From positions 497,365 through 561,364 of the forward strand of contig NW_003314313.1 of the NCBI RefSeq assembly GCF_000143415.4: a stretch of DNA of 64,000 nt, given 5' to 3'. Positions 26,120 through 38,814 of this stretch are shown piece after piece (the stretch's first letter is position 1; each line of letters starts with the position of its first letter). The translations under genes and the position numbers were made by a program. The notes under the pieces are model-generated. The model was given only the letters and a program-made list of their open reading frames with translations. It had not been told where the DNA came from and did no database searches. The stretch comes from Selaginella moellendorffii. Taxonomy: Eukaryota; Plantae; Lycopodiophyta.

Positions 26120-27608
26120 ATGCCACAGCCCTCGGTGATCTTGGCCACAGCGGGCTACGATCACACGATCCGCTTCTGGGAGGCGACGAGCGGCCGCTGC
26201 TATCGCGTCTTGCAGTACACCGATTCGGTAAATTGGTTTTTTCTCGCGATCCTTGCGAATTTCTCGTCTCTGCAGCAAGTGAATAAGCTCGAGATCACTC
26301 CCGACAAGCATTTCCTCGCTGCTGCTGGCAATCCTAACATCCGGCTCTTCGAAATAAATTCCAGCAATCCTCAACCAGTCGGTAGCTTCTTCTCTTTACT
26401 TTTTTTTTTTCACTGTACATTGTTCTACAGGTTCTCAACTATGATGCTCACACCAGTAACGTGACAGCCATTGGTTTCCAGTGTGATGGAAAATGGATGT
26501 ACTCTGGATCGGAGGATGGAACGGTGAAGATCTGGGATCTCCGGTGAGTTCTAACTCATTTCATCGGCATAGTCCCGAGTTTTTATACTTTTCCTTTCTT
26601 TTCGCAGTGCACCTGGCTGTCAGATGGAATATGAAAGCCGAGCAGCAGTAAACACAGTCGTGCTCCACCCCAACCAGGTTTGCAAAAATGGTCTCTAGAG
26701 GTTTCTATGTATTCTTTCTGTTGTGACAACAGCAAGAGCTTATCTCTGGCGATCAAAATGGAAACATCAGGGTGTGGGACTTGACTGCAAACTCATGTAG
26801 CTGCGAGCTGGTATAGTTTATTCGTTTTCATTTTTTTATTTATTTTCTTTGTGATTTTTTTGCGACGCAATTCTAATCCTTCTTGTCAGGTTCCTGAGGT
26901 CGACATGGCCATAAGATCGCTGACGGTCATGTGGGACATTGTGGTCGCAGCTAATAATCGTGGGATTTGTTATGTATGGCGTTTGCGTCAGGATACACAG
27001 GTACCAACAAAAAAACCATTTCCCTTTGCGTTTTCTTCCTCGCTCACGAACATTTTGTTTTTCCTGGCAGCTGCTAACCAAGTTTGATCCGTTGCACAAG
27101 TTAGAAGCCCACAACACGTACATCCTCAAGTGCCTCTTGTCTCCCGAATACTGTGACGAGGACCACAAGTAAGCGTGACGTTTTTGTTTTCTACAGCCTG
27201 CTCTTGAGCCAACTCAAAACTTTTGCAGGTACCTGGCGACGGCATCAGCCGATCACACCGTAAAGATTTGGAATATCAACAATTTCACTCTGGAGCGTAC
27301 TTTGACAGGTCTGCTTTTTGCGTTGAGCTGTGTTGTCTCACAAAATGCAACTTTCTGTCAGGTCACTCCGCCTGGGTGTGGGACTGTGTGTTCTCAGTCG
27401 ATGGTGCATTTCTCGTCACAGGCAAGCCAGAAACACTTATTCTTTTCCTTGACTCGTACTTATGTTTGTGTAAATTCCAGCATCATCTGATAAAACTGCA
27501 AGGCTGTGGGAGCTAGCAACCGGAGAGGCAATCAAAGTTTATCAAGGGCATTCGAAAGCAGCGAATTGTTGTGCGCTCCATGATGGAACAGCCGAGCCTG
27601 CAAACTAG
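26120..27608 (+). CDS. LST8: TOR complex subunit LST8 (WD40), multi-exon
   Basis: [81 protein letters not shown] and [12 protein letters not shown]. Confidence 0.96.
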
Positions 27609-28436
27609 GTGTGTAATCTTACATGTAGCGTTTCCTTTTTGTTTCCGCTTGCATCATAGAACTAACATCGCTAAACCTTATAGTTTTGTATGTAATTCAT
27701 TTTATGTCAATAAGCGCAACCACTTGATAGCGAAGTTGCAGTCGCCACCACAAATTTGACAACGAGCTCTTGCCATCTTGAGCCGCGCAATAAATGTGAA
27801 TATACGGTTTGATGGGGGGAAAAGGTAAACCATTTTATCTTCTTTTACCATCAAAAGTCATTGTTTTTCCATGGCGGTATTTATGTCCAAAGGTGGGGGA
27901 AGGTGGCGGTGGTTGCATGGCAATATCCCAGGCTCACATGCAAACACAATCGTTAAATGCCCCACATTGACTCACATTGACCCAGCGGTTGACCGGGTCT
28001 GACTCGTCCCATTTGGCTACGCGACACTAAGCATCGTTCACACGGGAATCTGGACGCTGTCGGATTCTATTCTCCCCCCGGGTAAATCGTGAATTCCTGG
28101 GTACGGACAGCGGTAAAGCCTGCGTACGGGCATATGCGGACACGTAAAAAAGGTGGCGGGGAACTGCGGGGGAAAGAAATGGTCCTTTTTTTTACACACA
28201 CTGGTCGCTTTGGTCTCGATGGGCTAACAGTGCATTCAATGCAATGGCGCTTTGGAATATAGTGGGAGTATAAAGAAGGCGCCGCTGGTGGTGTATTCAA
28301 TCACAGGCCAGTGGTAGTCTATTCTCTCTTTTTCTTCGTCTAGGACAGGAGTTCTCTTGGGAGTTCTCCCGGGTTTGATCGACTGTCTAGAGAGTGTTCT
28401 TCGTGTGATTCCTCGATGCTATCGCGGGGATCTTCA

Positions 28437-28967
28437 ATGGGGACCAAGATCTTTCTCTTTGCGTTGCTGGCTGTGGCTGGAATGATCCTCGTCGCAGATG
28501 CCCGGGTCTCTCGAATCCTCGAAGAGGAGGTCTCCAAATCCTCGTCCTCCACTTCCAGCTCCACCAAGGAGTACTCGGGCGGAGGCGCTGGAGGCACGCA
28601 ATCGGCTGGAGGAGGCGGGTACGGAAACTCCCAGGGAGGTAGCGGCTATGGCGGAACTCCCAGCGCGGGTGGTGCCGGGTACGGGAGCTCCCAGGGCGGG
28701 GGCGGATACGGCGGAACGCCCAGCGCGGGCGGCGCGGGATACGGCAATGGGGGTGGTGGCGGCGGGTACGGCGGCACCCCGGGCGCTGGCGGCGGTGGGT
28801 ACGGAAACTCCCATGGTGGTGGCGGCGGCGGCTGCTGGGGGCCGGTTTGTGGCGGAGGCTTTGGCGGGCCGAGCGGTGGCGGTGGCGGCGTCACGATTGG
28901 CGGTGTTCCAATCGGGTATGGGTACGGCAATGGGAATGGCGGGTACGGATATGGAGGTAAACCTTGA
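28437..28967 (+). CDS. Secreted glycine-rich cell-wall protein
   Basis: Signal peptide MGTKIFLFALLAVAGMILVADA followed by GGYGGTPSAGGAGYG repeats. Confidence 0.85.
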   Translation: MGTKIFLFALLAVAGMILVADARVSRILEEEVSKSSSSTSSSTKEYSGGGAGGTQSAGGGGYGNSQGGSGYGGTPSAGGAGYGSSQGGGGYGGTPSAGGAGYGNGGGGGGYGGTPGAGGGGYGNSHGGGGGGCWGPVCGGGFGGPSGGGGGVTIGGVPIGYGYGNGNGGYGYGGKP

Positions 28968-29404
28968 GAATTATTTGTCACCTTTTCCATGGAGATAAAT
29001 AAAATGTCCAAAGCGAATCTTAGAAAAAGGAGTTTTAACCTGTTGAAAAAGTTAGATTTGACGAAATAAAAAATTTGGAGAATATTCGCTGGGGATGGCT
29101 TGTCCACTTTGTGGTTCCTGTGGCCCGGAAAAAATCAGGTTAAAAGATCCGTGGCATGGAAACGATGCCATGTGTCTTTGGTTAGCAATGGCAGCGCGAG
29201 CTAGGCTAGGGTTCTTGGAGCTGGAATCATCTACACAGCGGCGCCGAGTTGTGTAGGCGCGCTTGGCCGTTGGCGCTGCTCGTCCTGCGATCGAAATTCC
29301 AGGTATTTCACAGTGCTAGAGAAATATTTCGGTCGGTGCTCACATCTGGGAGGGATTTCCGTGTAGCTAGTGCATGGAGTGACTGTGGCAAGAGAAAGAC
29401 GGTG

Positions 29405-30385
29405 ATGAGGATACAATGTGATGTCTGTGAGAAGGCCGAGGCCGCTCTGGTGTGCTGCGCCGATGAAGCTGCGCTCTGCGCCGCTTGCGATGCCGAGGTC
29501 CATGCGGCGAACAAGCTCGCTGGGAAGCATCAGCGCTTGCCTTTGAGCTTCTCTGGGACTTCTCCTATTTGCGACATTTGCCAGGTATCTAGCCAGTGAC
29601 GATTTTTCTTCTTCTCATTTGATTGGGAGGTTCTAATTCCTAGTTTGCTTAGGAGAAAACCGGCTGGTTTTTCTGTGTCGAGGATCGCGCTTTGCTTTGC
29701 CGGGCTTGCGACGTATCCATACACTCGTCCAACGCGCACGCTTCCAGCCACAACCGGTTTCTAGTCACGGGTGTTAGAGTGGCTCTCAGTGCTCTTTCTG
29801 CCCAAGACTTTCTCGAAGTACCGCCTGTGACTCCGCAGCAACCCAGGAAGAACGCCTCGGCTTCAGGAGCCAGTTCGTCGGGAAATTCGCTTTCGGCCAA
29901 TGGCACACCGGAGAGGTTTGAAACAGTCTCGAGAGCAGAGCCGGAGACTGTCATGGAAAAACGGAGCACTAGTAGTACTATTTCGGAATATTTAACCGAA
30001 GCGGTCCCTGGTTGGCGTGTCGACGAGTTGCTAAACATTCCAGACATGGCTTCCGGATACTCTCTAAGCGATATTGGCTCATCCAAGGTAAAGCTTACCA
30101 AGTTTTCTTTCTTGGCAGCTGATTATTCGCTGTTTCTTCCAGGCCGAAGCTGGAAACCTTGGAGAGTATGACTGGCTCGCAGACTTGAGCCTGTTTGACG
30201 AGCAGTCTTACGCGGAGACGTTCCACGAGGTTCCACAGATGACTCCGTCAACCATGCCTGCCTCTAAGCTTCCCCCCGCAAAAGGAAAATCCAAACTTGG
30301 CATGGCTGTCGTGCCAGAGGTTGACGATTCGCTCTTGGTTCCTGACGTGTCTTTCCCAGCAAAGCGAAGACGAGCATGGCTGTAA
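29405..30385 (+). CDS. Double B-box zinc-finger protein (BBX24/STO-like subfamily), 3 exons
   Basis: MRIQCDVCEKAEA..CCADEAALC..CD..VHAANKLAGKHQR; second B-box FCVEDRALLCRACD; PGWRVDELL; C-terminal VPD motif and KRRR NLS. Confidence 0.92.
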
Positions 30386-30741
30386 ACAGCCCAGCGTGCT
30401 CGAGGAACGCCCACGCACTGTATGATAGTACGTGAAACTGGTGCTCGGAGGGGGTGAAGTACCTCCGGTACGGGCACAGTAGAGTTTACTGTATCCTTTT
30501 GGCATCCAATAAGACTTCGTAAATCTCGATACTATGACTATGTTCTTGCTTTTGTTTGTTTATTCTTTGTGATCCACAGCAGACAAGTAAGTATGCTTTT
30601 TTATTTTTATTTTCTTGTGACTGATATGACATTTATTTGGCAGGACCATCCAAATTTTGTTGTTGAGGGAGTTCCTCCCAAGGTACATGTGGAGTTTAGT
30701 CCTTTTTCCTTTTGATTTCATTTTGATCTACGTACTATACC

Positions 30742-31867
30742 TCAACTGTTCACAAAGTGGCAGTTCTTACGGATCTCTCCGTTTGTGCCTGTGAGAGGGC
30801 TGATGTCTCCCATTTTGATCATCGACTCCTTGAAATCCCGCCAGAATGTGAGCGGGTTACTTGCGTACGAGCTCACCAGTGTCGCTGCGTCCGAGCCGGT
30901 GCCGGAGAACAATTCCTGGTCAGACGTCAGCAGTCCCTTATTTTTCTGCAAGTTTTTGTAGTACTGATTGTCGAACCGGTTGGGTGTTACAGCATCCAGG
31001 TTTGAAAGCTGGTCATCACCGGACTCCTTGGGACAGCTGCTTTGGAGAGTTGCTAGAAACGAAGCGTCGATGGTTGGATCCGAAGCGGCTGTGCTGTTGA
31101 AGCTATAGAGGCGGTTGCGGAAAGTAAAGCACTGCGCAGCACCGATAGTATGAGCGCCGGACAACACGACCATGTCCTTAAGTGACAGACCCTTGGCCTG
31201 AAATGCGGATGTGAGCTCCGAGACTGTGAAAACCGGGGGTGGAATTTGGCTGTTGGCTGCATCACGGCTGGCCGTGGTACTGTCTCGCCGTCCCAAAGGA
31301 ACGGCCCATCCTGGACCTCCGAGCTGTTTATAGCGCAACATATACGTGAGTTTCTCCTCCTCTATGGTTCAAAAACTCACTATCTTACCATGAAGACAGA
31401 AGTTTGTGCTGCCAGTGCTACGATATCCGCGCAGGAGACTATTCCCGGACACTGGCTCTCCAATTGGCTCTTGATAGCATCAATGACTTCGAATCCTCGT
31501 AAAGAGTTCTTATTTGGTCCTGCCGACTTTTCTCCCGTGAAGCTTGCAGTGTCATCCAAAAGAACGGAGCCATCGCATCCCTGGCGAATGCACAAGTGAG
31601 TGTTACTTTTAAACAATTTGAAGCACTGAATTCTAAAGGTTAGCGGCTCCTTACATTGACAAAGCAGTCGTGGAAGTGGAGCCTTAGCAGGGAGGCTGCC
31701 ATTCGTTTCTCATTTCCAACAGCCTGAGACACCACTTTCCAAACAACATGAGACACATCGCGACAAGTACCGTTGTAAAATGAAGGGCTAAGCTGCGCAC
31801 AAGTACTTGCCGACAATATCACAAGAGATGCTATAGCCACACACAAGGTTTTGGCTGCTTTTTTCAT
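30742..31867 (-). CDS. Class III secretory peroxidase, 3 exons
   Basis: Signal peptide, [49 protein letters not shown] and GEIRKNC. Confidence 0.97.
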
Positions 31868-33133
31868 GATATTTTCTGGCAAGGAATTGATGTTTTTGGT
31901 TTGTAGGGAGAATAATGCAAGCAACCAAACAAGATGAATTCGGTGCTACGAAGGAGCTGGACTGCTTGTATTTATGTTCGGGGGTGGCGACTCAGTGGTC
32001 CATGCCTGTCAATTTCCGTAAGTTTCCTTGTCATGGTATCTGCTCGTGGGGCCGTTATGTGAGACTTGCGGTCATTTGGTAAAACACGCAGCACTTTGGA
32101 CATTCACTCTTGACTTAGTTGCTCTTTCTGCTCTAAACAAGTTGTTTGCGTGGGATACAACCACGCAGATGGAGGTTCGACTGAAACACAACCTTGACCG
32201 CACCGAAGAAGCTTCTTAAGCAAGTCATCGGATCCAGTAAAATCGCTCCCGGAAGATCATGTGTGGAACAAGAGCAATATCTCTTACATCTGGACTCCAC
32301 TAGTTTGCGGAGAATGCCAGATGCCGCTTTGAAGGTAAGCTCCGAAGAGTTTTGCGTGATTGAAATGCAAGCTTTCTTCTAAAAACTTAGTTCCACAGGT
32401 CAAGACAAGCAATGATTTCGCTGCTGCGCTTGTCAAGGATGAATTGAAACATCTCATTCCTTCGGCTGAAGGGTCAAAGAATTCCGCCTGGTGCTTCTGG
32501 TGGTGGTACCAATCCGCCAGCGAAGTGAGCCATTTTTTTCCGGCAGTCGTTTTCACGATGCACTTTGTTTATTGCGCTTGTCTCTCTGGATCAACTGGCC
32601 CCAGGTAAGCAGGGAGTTGTTTTCTATTTCGCGAGCTTCTAATGCGTGTTGGGTTTAGTGTAATAGGATTTTCTAAGCTAGCTTAATCATGATGGAGAGG
32701 TTTTGTTTCCTAATAGAAGTATGCACCAATCATTGTCCCAAGTTTAGTGCAAAAACATTCATTCAACCCGGAAAACATTAAGCTACTTAGCACTGAGAAC
32801 CACTACTCACGCAACTATCATCAAGGTAAGGAGTTTTATGGCATTCACGGTGGCGTTGGACTTAACTATGATTCGGGCAGGCGAACTTGTGTTGGTGGGG
32901 AAAAAGAGAGACAGCGGGTCCCTGGAAGCACAAAACAGGCGTCCTTGGGACGAGATTCAATAGTGCGAGTCGAAATCTCGAAGCTCTCGTCGATCGTCGC
33001 CGACTGTGTGCTCCTGCTTCAGCAGCTCCCGGATATGATCCTCTGGAAAAGACAAAGACGGAACGTTCAGGAAGAGCCGCAGGAAGGCTCCCCGGAGGAA
33101 GCAGCAGCAGCAGCAGCAGCAGCTCAGGGAAGC

Positions 33134-33953
33134 ATGTCTCGAGCCAAAGTACACGGTCAGTAGTAAAACTCTTTCCCTTGCATCATTTCTCTCTGGAGGC
33201 ATGCATTGTCTCAGCTTTGCTGCGTGCTAGTGTGCAGTTCCCAGGAACTTTAGATTGCTCGACGAGCTGGAGCGAGGAGAGAAAGGACTGGGCGATCCCG
33301 CGGTGAGCTTAGGAATGGACGACGCCGACGATTTGCTCATGTATTCCTGGCGAGGAACCATCCTGGGCCCTTACGACGTAAGTGCTTGTTTTAAGTTAAT
33401 TGTTCCAGTGTCCCGGATTTAATGCCTGGTTTTTCTTGTAGTCTGTTCACGAGGGTCGCATCTACCAGCTCAAGCTTTACTGCGACGATGACTACCCGAG
33501 CAAGCCCCCGAGCGTGAAGTTCCAGTCAAGGATCAACATGACGTGCGTGAATCAGGAAACTGGACTGGTAAGTACACTCACACTATTGGCGAGGAAGTAA
33601 GCACAGCTATACTGTTCCTTGCCTCTCCTTTTCACTCGCCCGAGAGAGAGCTTTCGCGTTTTACTAGATAGATAGATCGATAGCAGTCACCGCAGTCACT
33701 AGAGAGCTAAAGAGAAGATTTAAATGCAGTAGATTTGTCAATTTCCTTTCAGTTTCCATCGTCTCGATCCCCGTCGAGGAGAAGATGCTAACGCATTTTT
33801 TCTTTACAGATTGACAGCAAGAGCTTTGCGATGCTTGCGGACTGGAAGCCGGACTTCACGATGGAAGATGTGTTAACGCAGCTGAGAAAAGAGATGGCCG
33901 CCAGCCACAACAAAAGATTGCCACAGCCAGCCGAGGACAGCATCTTCCTCTAG
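33134..33953 (+). CDS. UEV1: Ubiquitin-conjugating enzyme E2 variant (UEV1/MMS2), 4 exons
   Basis: [57 protein letters not shown] and KRLPQPAE. An in-frame upstream ATG at ~33035 is possible. Confidence 0.92.
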
Positions 33954-36287
33954 CCAGGAAAACACGCAAGTGCTCTTCGCAAACACCCGCTCGCTGCCCG
34001 GGATCTTCTAGAAATCTGACTCTTTGGCCCTTTTATATTATTTCTCTCGCTTTCTCTCTCTCTGTGTTTCCCTGCGAAGAACACCACACCACCACCAGCA
34101 CCACTGTGGCGAATCAGATCTTTTTGTGGGGAGGAAAAAGCCTGTCCTACAAACCATACGACAAATACCTCCTATTTTATTCGTTCTTGTTGTTGCTGCT
34201 GCCTTCTCGCGTCCGAGATTATACGAGTCCTGGCGAGAGAACATGGCAGTGGTTAGTGTGGTTGAATTTGTACCACCCCACGATCACGTCACAAACGCAT
34301 GGATTACTTTAATAATCCAGTGGAGCAAAACTAGAATTTACCTATTAAAGCTGTGAAGTTGATTGAGCGAGGCAGCGTTTTTTTTTTTTTTTTGCTTTTG
34401 GTTCGTCCATCCAGTCCAGCTCTGGCTGGCCAGCTACTGGAGCAACAAGAAAACCATCCATAAGTACAAAACAAAGCCGGCATAGCTACTTTTACTTACA
34501 TTCAGGTAGTCCGTTACTAGCTCCAGCTTGCTCGGGTCGCCGGGGGTTCGTTTGGCTGATCTTTAGCTACCACTCTTGTCGGCTGCGCGCGAGACCATCA
34601 GATCCAATTGACTTAAAAACAAAACAACGACTTGACAATTACTGACCTGAGCGAATGGGCTTAGCCGTTGTTTATTGTGCGTGTGTCATGAGTTCATGGA
34701 TTTAGCATCATGAGCGGGAGCAACCACCACCACACCTGGGCTTAAAAGAAATCTGTGATATCTCACATCGCTACAAGCAGCAGCACTTCCAGCACACGCA
34801 CGACACGCTCACCATGATTTGCTACTCACTTTCTCTTTCTTTTCTCCAATCGGCCAACCCTCGAAAGGCCAGCAAAGATCAGTACAGTGACAAAAGCTGG
34901 AAGGTCTCACAGAACACAGGCAGGATCCGATGCGAATGCCGGGCACAAGAATAACGATGCAAAGTATGCAGCTCTGACCTGATAGGACGGATTTATGCGC
35001 GGGAAGAGTTAGCCACCAGCTTAAGCTTACTTGAAACTTACGGGACAAAGCAGCCTAGCCGCGTAGCTGTCCGAGCTAGCAAATGGTTGTGGCGGTGGCA
35101 GCGCAGCGAGACGCTGCTGCGGTGAGGCCAGAGAAAGCGACGGTGTGTCAGGGTCACACTCCTACACCCGAAAAGCAAAAGGTAAATCGTGGAAAAAAAT
35201 TGCAAAAGAAAACGAGATGAGAGAGAGGGAGAACCTTTGCGTTTTCCAATGAGGTGGTGGTGCAGAGCGCTGTTGCAGCCAGCGGCCAGCAGCCAGCCAG
35301 GTCTCGTGCATGACAATCACCTGAAACCAAAATTTCAAGTGAGCACAGACAGTCCTTTCCCTGCCTGGCAAGCCGGGGCCCGGGGTCCGTTCCGTCGACC
35401 CTTTTGTAAGCTGTGCATTAATACATCGTCCAAACATGTGCGATTAAAGCTCGCTCTGCGAACGAAAGCAACGACTGAATTAGTAGCTGGGGAAGACTTT
35501 GATCCAATTAAACGTTCATTTAAAAGGCTCGAAAGAAAACGAGAGGAAAAAAACAGTCACCTTTTGTTGCTCGCTCTCCGTCTCGGTGTCTGATGCCGAA
35601 AATGATGAAGTGTGCTGCACCGCCGCGTCCAGTCTGGAGCATTGGATTTGATTTCCACCTTCACGCCTCCGGAACAGTGTACAAGGCAGCGAAGGCGTGC
35701 TGCCGGAAACGTCAGAGTGAAGAGAAGAAACTCAGCTGATCATCACCACACCAAGCTTTGAAACCAAGATGGAAAAACCAACGAAGGGTTCCTGAAGCGA
35801 AGCAAGCAGCAGAGACAAACAGAAAGAAAGCTCAACAAAGTTCCTACCGAAAGTTCCTACCGAAGAGATCTCATTCCCTCTCGCAGCGAGCCGAGAACGC
35901 ACCCAAACTTTAAGAGACGCATGCACGAGATGGAGCGAGAGCGAGTCTTTAGAACATAAACAGGTAGCAGTAGCACCACCACCACCTAGAACATGTAATT
36001 ACAAAAACGTTAGAGCATGGAATGGCGAAAGCCAAACGAAAACATAAGGAGTTCTGATCAGCAAGTGAATGCTTTTCTTGCCTGGTGAGAGTCAAGTTTT
36101 TAAAAGAAAACCCTGCGGTAGAACCTGAAGCGTTTCTCGCTGCAGCTTCCCCACAGACAAAAGCTAGAGTTGAGAATGCAAAGTAAAATGGAGAGAAAGA
36201 AAACAATGTACCTCTCAAACGAAGCGACTAAAGAAGACGAGGAAACCTCTTGAGATATATGATCTCCCCCCGGCTGGCCAGCTTAGC

Positions 36288-36986
36288 TTACATCTTCTTC
36301 CCCAGCGTGTGCTTGTTGTTGTGCATCCACACCTTGAGGACGTGACGCTTGACGCCCACCTCGTTACAAAACTGCTGGACCTCGGCCTCGTCGTGCTTCT
36401 GGATCTTCCAGCCCACCTTATCCGCAAATGCCAGCATCCTCTCCTTTTGGTCTCCCGTGAACTTCGTCCTAAACCTCTTTTTGAGATTAGGCCCTCCAGC
36501 GTTTGGCATGTAGACTCCTTGATCGTCCAGCTCCCCTGATCTCGACGGCAGCATGAGCCGCTTCTTGTCCTTCCGGTGGTGGCACTCGAGGCAAGAGGGC
36601 TCGCCCTCCACCTCCCGCCGGTGGAAGTTGCGGTGGCAGTCACAGGCAGCGCACTTGAGAGCATCCAGCGTCCCTTCCTCTCCGCACGGCATAAATTCTC
36701 CACACCCATCCAGAGCGTGCCCGCCGATACCCGCGGCGTGGTTCTTCAAGCACTGCGTGTACCTCACTGGACGCTTGCTTTTGCTGTCACCCCCTGCCGC
36801 CGCCGCCGCCGCCCCCGCCTCTCCGGAGACGACTACGACTGCAGCGCCGCTTCCCACTTGAGCCGCTGGCGTTCCATTCCCACTCGCCAGGAGCTTGAGC
36901 TTGGCTGCAGTCTCGTGTATCGCCGCGGCACTGAACTGCGCTGAAATTGGAATGGGAATGTCTTCTTCATGGCCACCCAAATCCAT
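36288..36986 (-). CDS. Zinc-finger homeodomain (ZF-HD) transcription factor
   Basis: [40 protein letters not shown] and [19 protein letters not shown]. Confidence 0.96.
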   Translation of the reverse strand: MDLGGHEEDIPIPISAQFSAAAIHETAAKLKLLASGNGTPAAQVGSGAAVVVVSGEAGAAAAAAGGDSKSKRPVRYTQCLKNHAAGIGGHALDGCGEFMPCGEEGTLDALKCAACDCHRNFHRREVEGEPSCLECHHRKDKKRLMLPSRSGELDDQGVYMPNAGGPNLKKRFRTKFTGDQKERMLAFADKVGWKIQKHDEAEVQQFCNEVGVKRHVLKVWMHNNKHTLGKKM

Positions 36987-38814
36987 TGCTCTCGAGAGTG
37001 GTCCTCGAGAGTGATCAGTGGCTACCTGCCTGCTGAGTCGTGCTAGCTTGGAACTTTTAAGAGATGACTTTGCCGTCACTGAGCTACAGCCACCATCTTC
37101 TCGAGTCTATAACCTGTGCCCAAAGCTTTCCAGATTGCCTGCCTCCTGCCATCTGCTAGATCTCGTCATCCTCAAGAGCTGCTCACTACCCTCTTCCCTG
37201 CTTCGGCCCAGCTAGCTACACCGGACATTACTCCTGCCAGCACGTCTGAGCATGATCGTGGGATTCCAGTTCGCTGCTGCTAGGCCGCCTCTTAGGAGAT
37301 TTGAGAGCCAACCCAGCTTAGGATAAGCGCAGCACAGGAATTTCGATGATGAAGAGAGAGAAGAAGGGAGTGGAAGCAGACAGACAAACAGAAACTGGCA
37401 CACCAGATTTTTAAAACTCTCAGGGATGAGGAGAGAAGGAAAAGAAGGGAGATTTGTTATGTATGGAGGAGGAATGTCAAGGAAAAAAAAGAGTGGCAGG
37501 GTTTGGAAGAACTGCGAGGAGACTATCGAGCTAAAACACTGGCTAGATCACTTGAGAGAGAAAAGCGAGAGAATGAAAAAAGAAATCCACACTCCTGGTC
37601 CCCACAGCACTGACGCACAACGAGAAATCAAGCACAGCGGGAAGAGATCGATCGAAATATGGAAGAAAGCAAACGAGGAGAGATCGAGCAGCAGCAGCAA
37701 TTAATATTACCGACACAGCGCTTGCGAAGTGGCGATTCGGCTCCTACCAAGCCCCGCCGGCTGCACGACGCGGGGCTAGATCGATCGATCCAGCACCGCA
37801 TCACCTGGAGCAAGCGCCATCGCCGTGAAATCGAGCGCCGCCGCCGCCGCCGCCGCCTCTCCTCCTCACCGCTGCCGGAGCCTGGAACTCGAAATAAAAA
37901 TCCCCAAGAGCTTTCACATGCAATGAAAACTCTCTCCAAAGCTTTCGGTGCTCTCACTCTTTCACACACGCTCGAAGAACACACGAGAGACACTAACTAG
38001 ACTCCATTGCCCTTTATTTTCCCGCCTCGGTGGCCCCATCCTGGCCGTCGATGCCCTCCATCCGACGGCCACGCTGAAACCCACGATATGAGAGGGCGCT
38101 TTCACACTGGGGAAAATCAAATTTCCGGGATTTTTCCCGGGTAGTTTATTGGTCCCAGTGTTTTTGAACAAGAGTAAAAAAACTTTTTTAATGCGGGAAA
38201 ATTGTTTTTAAACTGTTTCACGACTGACACCAACAGTCTGGCGCCTGGGCGGATCGCAGCCGTTGAGTGTGAGAACGGGCGACGGCGATGATGCCACGTG
38301 GGAGTTTAATTTGAAACTTTGTCCAAGTAGTACTTTTTGGTGGCAGACATCAGTTTGTGGTAAGGCTTGCAGAACTTACACTGAGGCTATTTTTTGTTTT
38401 ACAGCTATCTCATCACAGTGTTTCTACCAGGCATGGGCTTTGTCTTTGACAATAATTCACTGAAAAGGAGCAATTTGGGACCACAAACAATGCATTTGCA
38501 GTATCAGATTAGTTTAAAATAATTAGGAAAATATACTTTAATTAAATACCTGTTTGCAGTACATTTCTTAGTTATAATACATGTTTTGGGTTGTCATCAT
38601 GGAGGCTTAGGCTGGATAAGCTTGGATTGTTTTAGAGGTCACCTTAGAAGCTATGACAACAAGAGATACTAAAATCTGTAGCTTTAGTTAATCAAAATAA
38701 TTACTCAATCTAGTAAAGAGATTTTCAATCTAGTAAAGGAACTAATATTAGGGCTTACAGACACCAAAATAACGAATATTCTATCTAGGGCATATTCAGC
38801 GGCATCGTCTGGCT

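Noticed and set aside
27779-27797. TTGAGCCGCGCAATA, resembling miR171
   Set aside because: Partial match with an indel, and no complementary hairpin arm seen.
29151-29171. GTGGCATGGAAACGATGCCAT, similar to the transposon palindrome
   Set aside because: Wrong spacing (21 bp), no GGCC-like core, single copy; probably chance.
34000-36280. Short ORFs downstream of ZF-HD
   Set aside because: No recognisable domains; more likely 3' UTR, introns or regulatory DNA.
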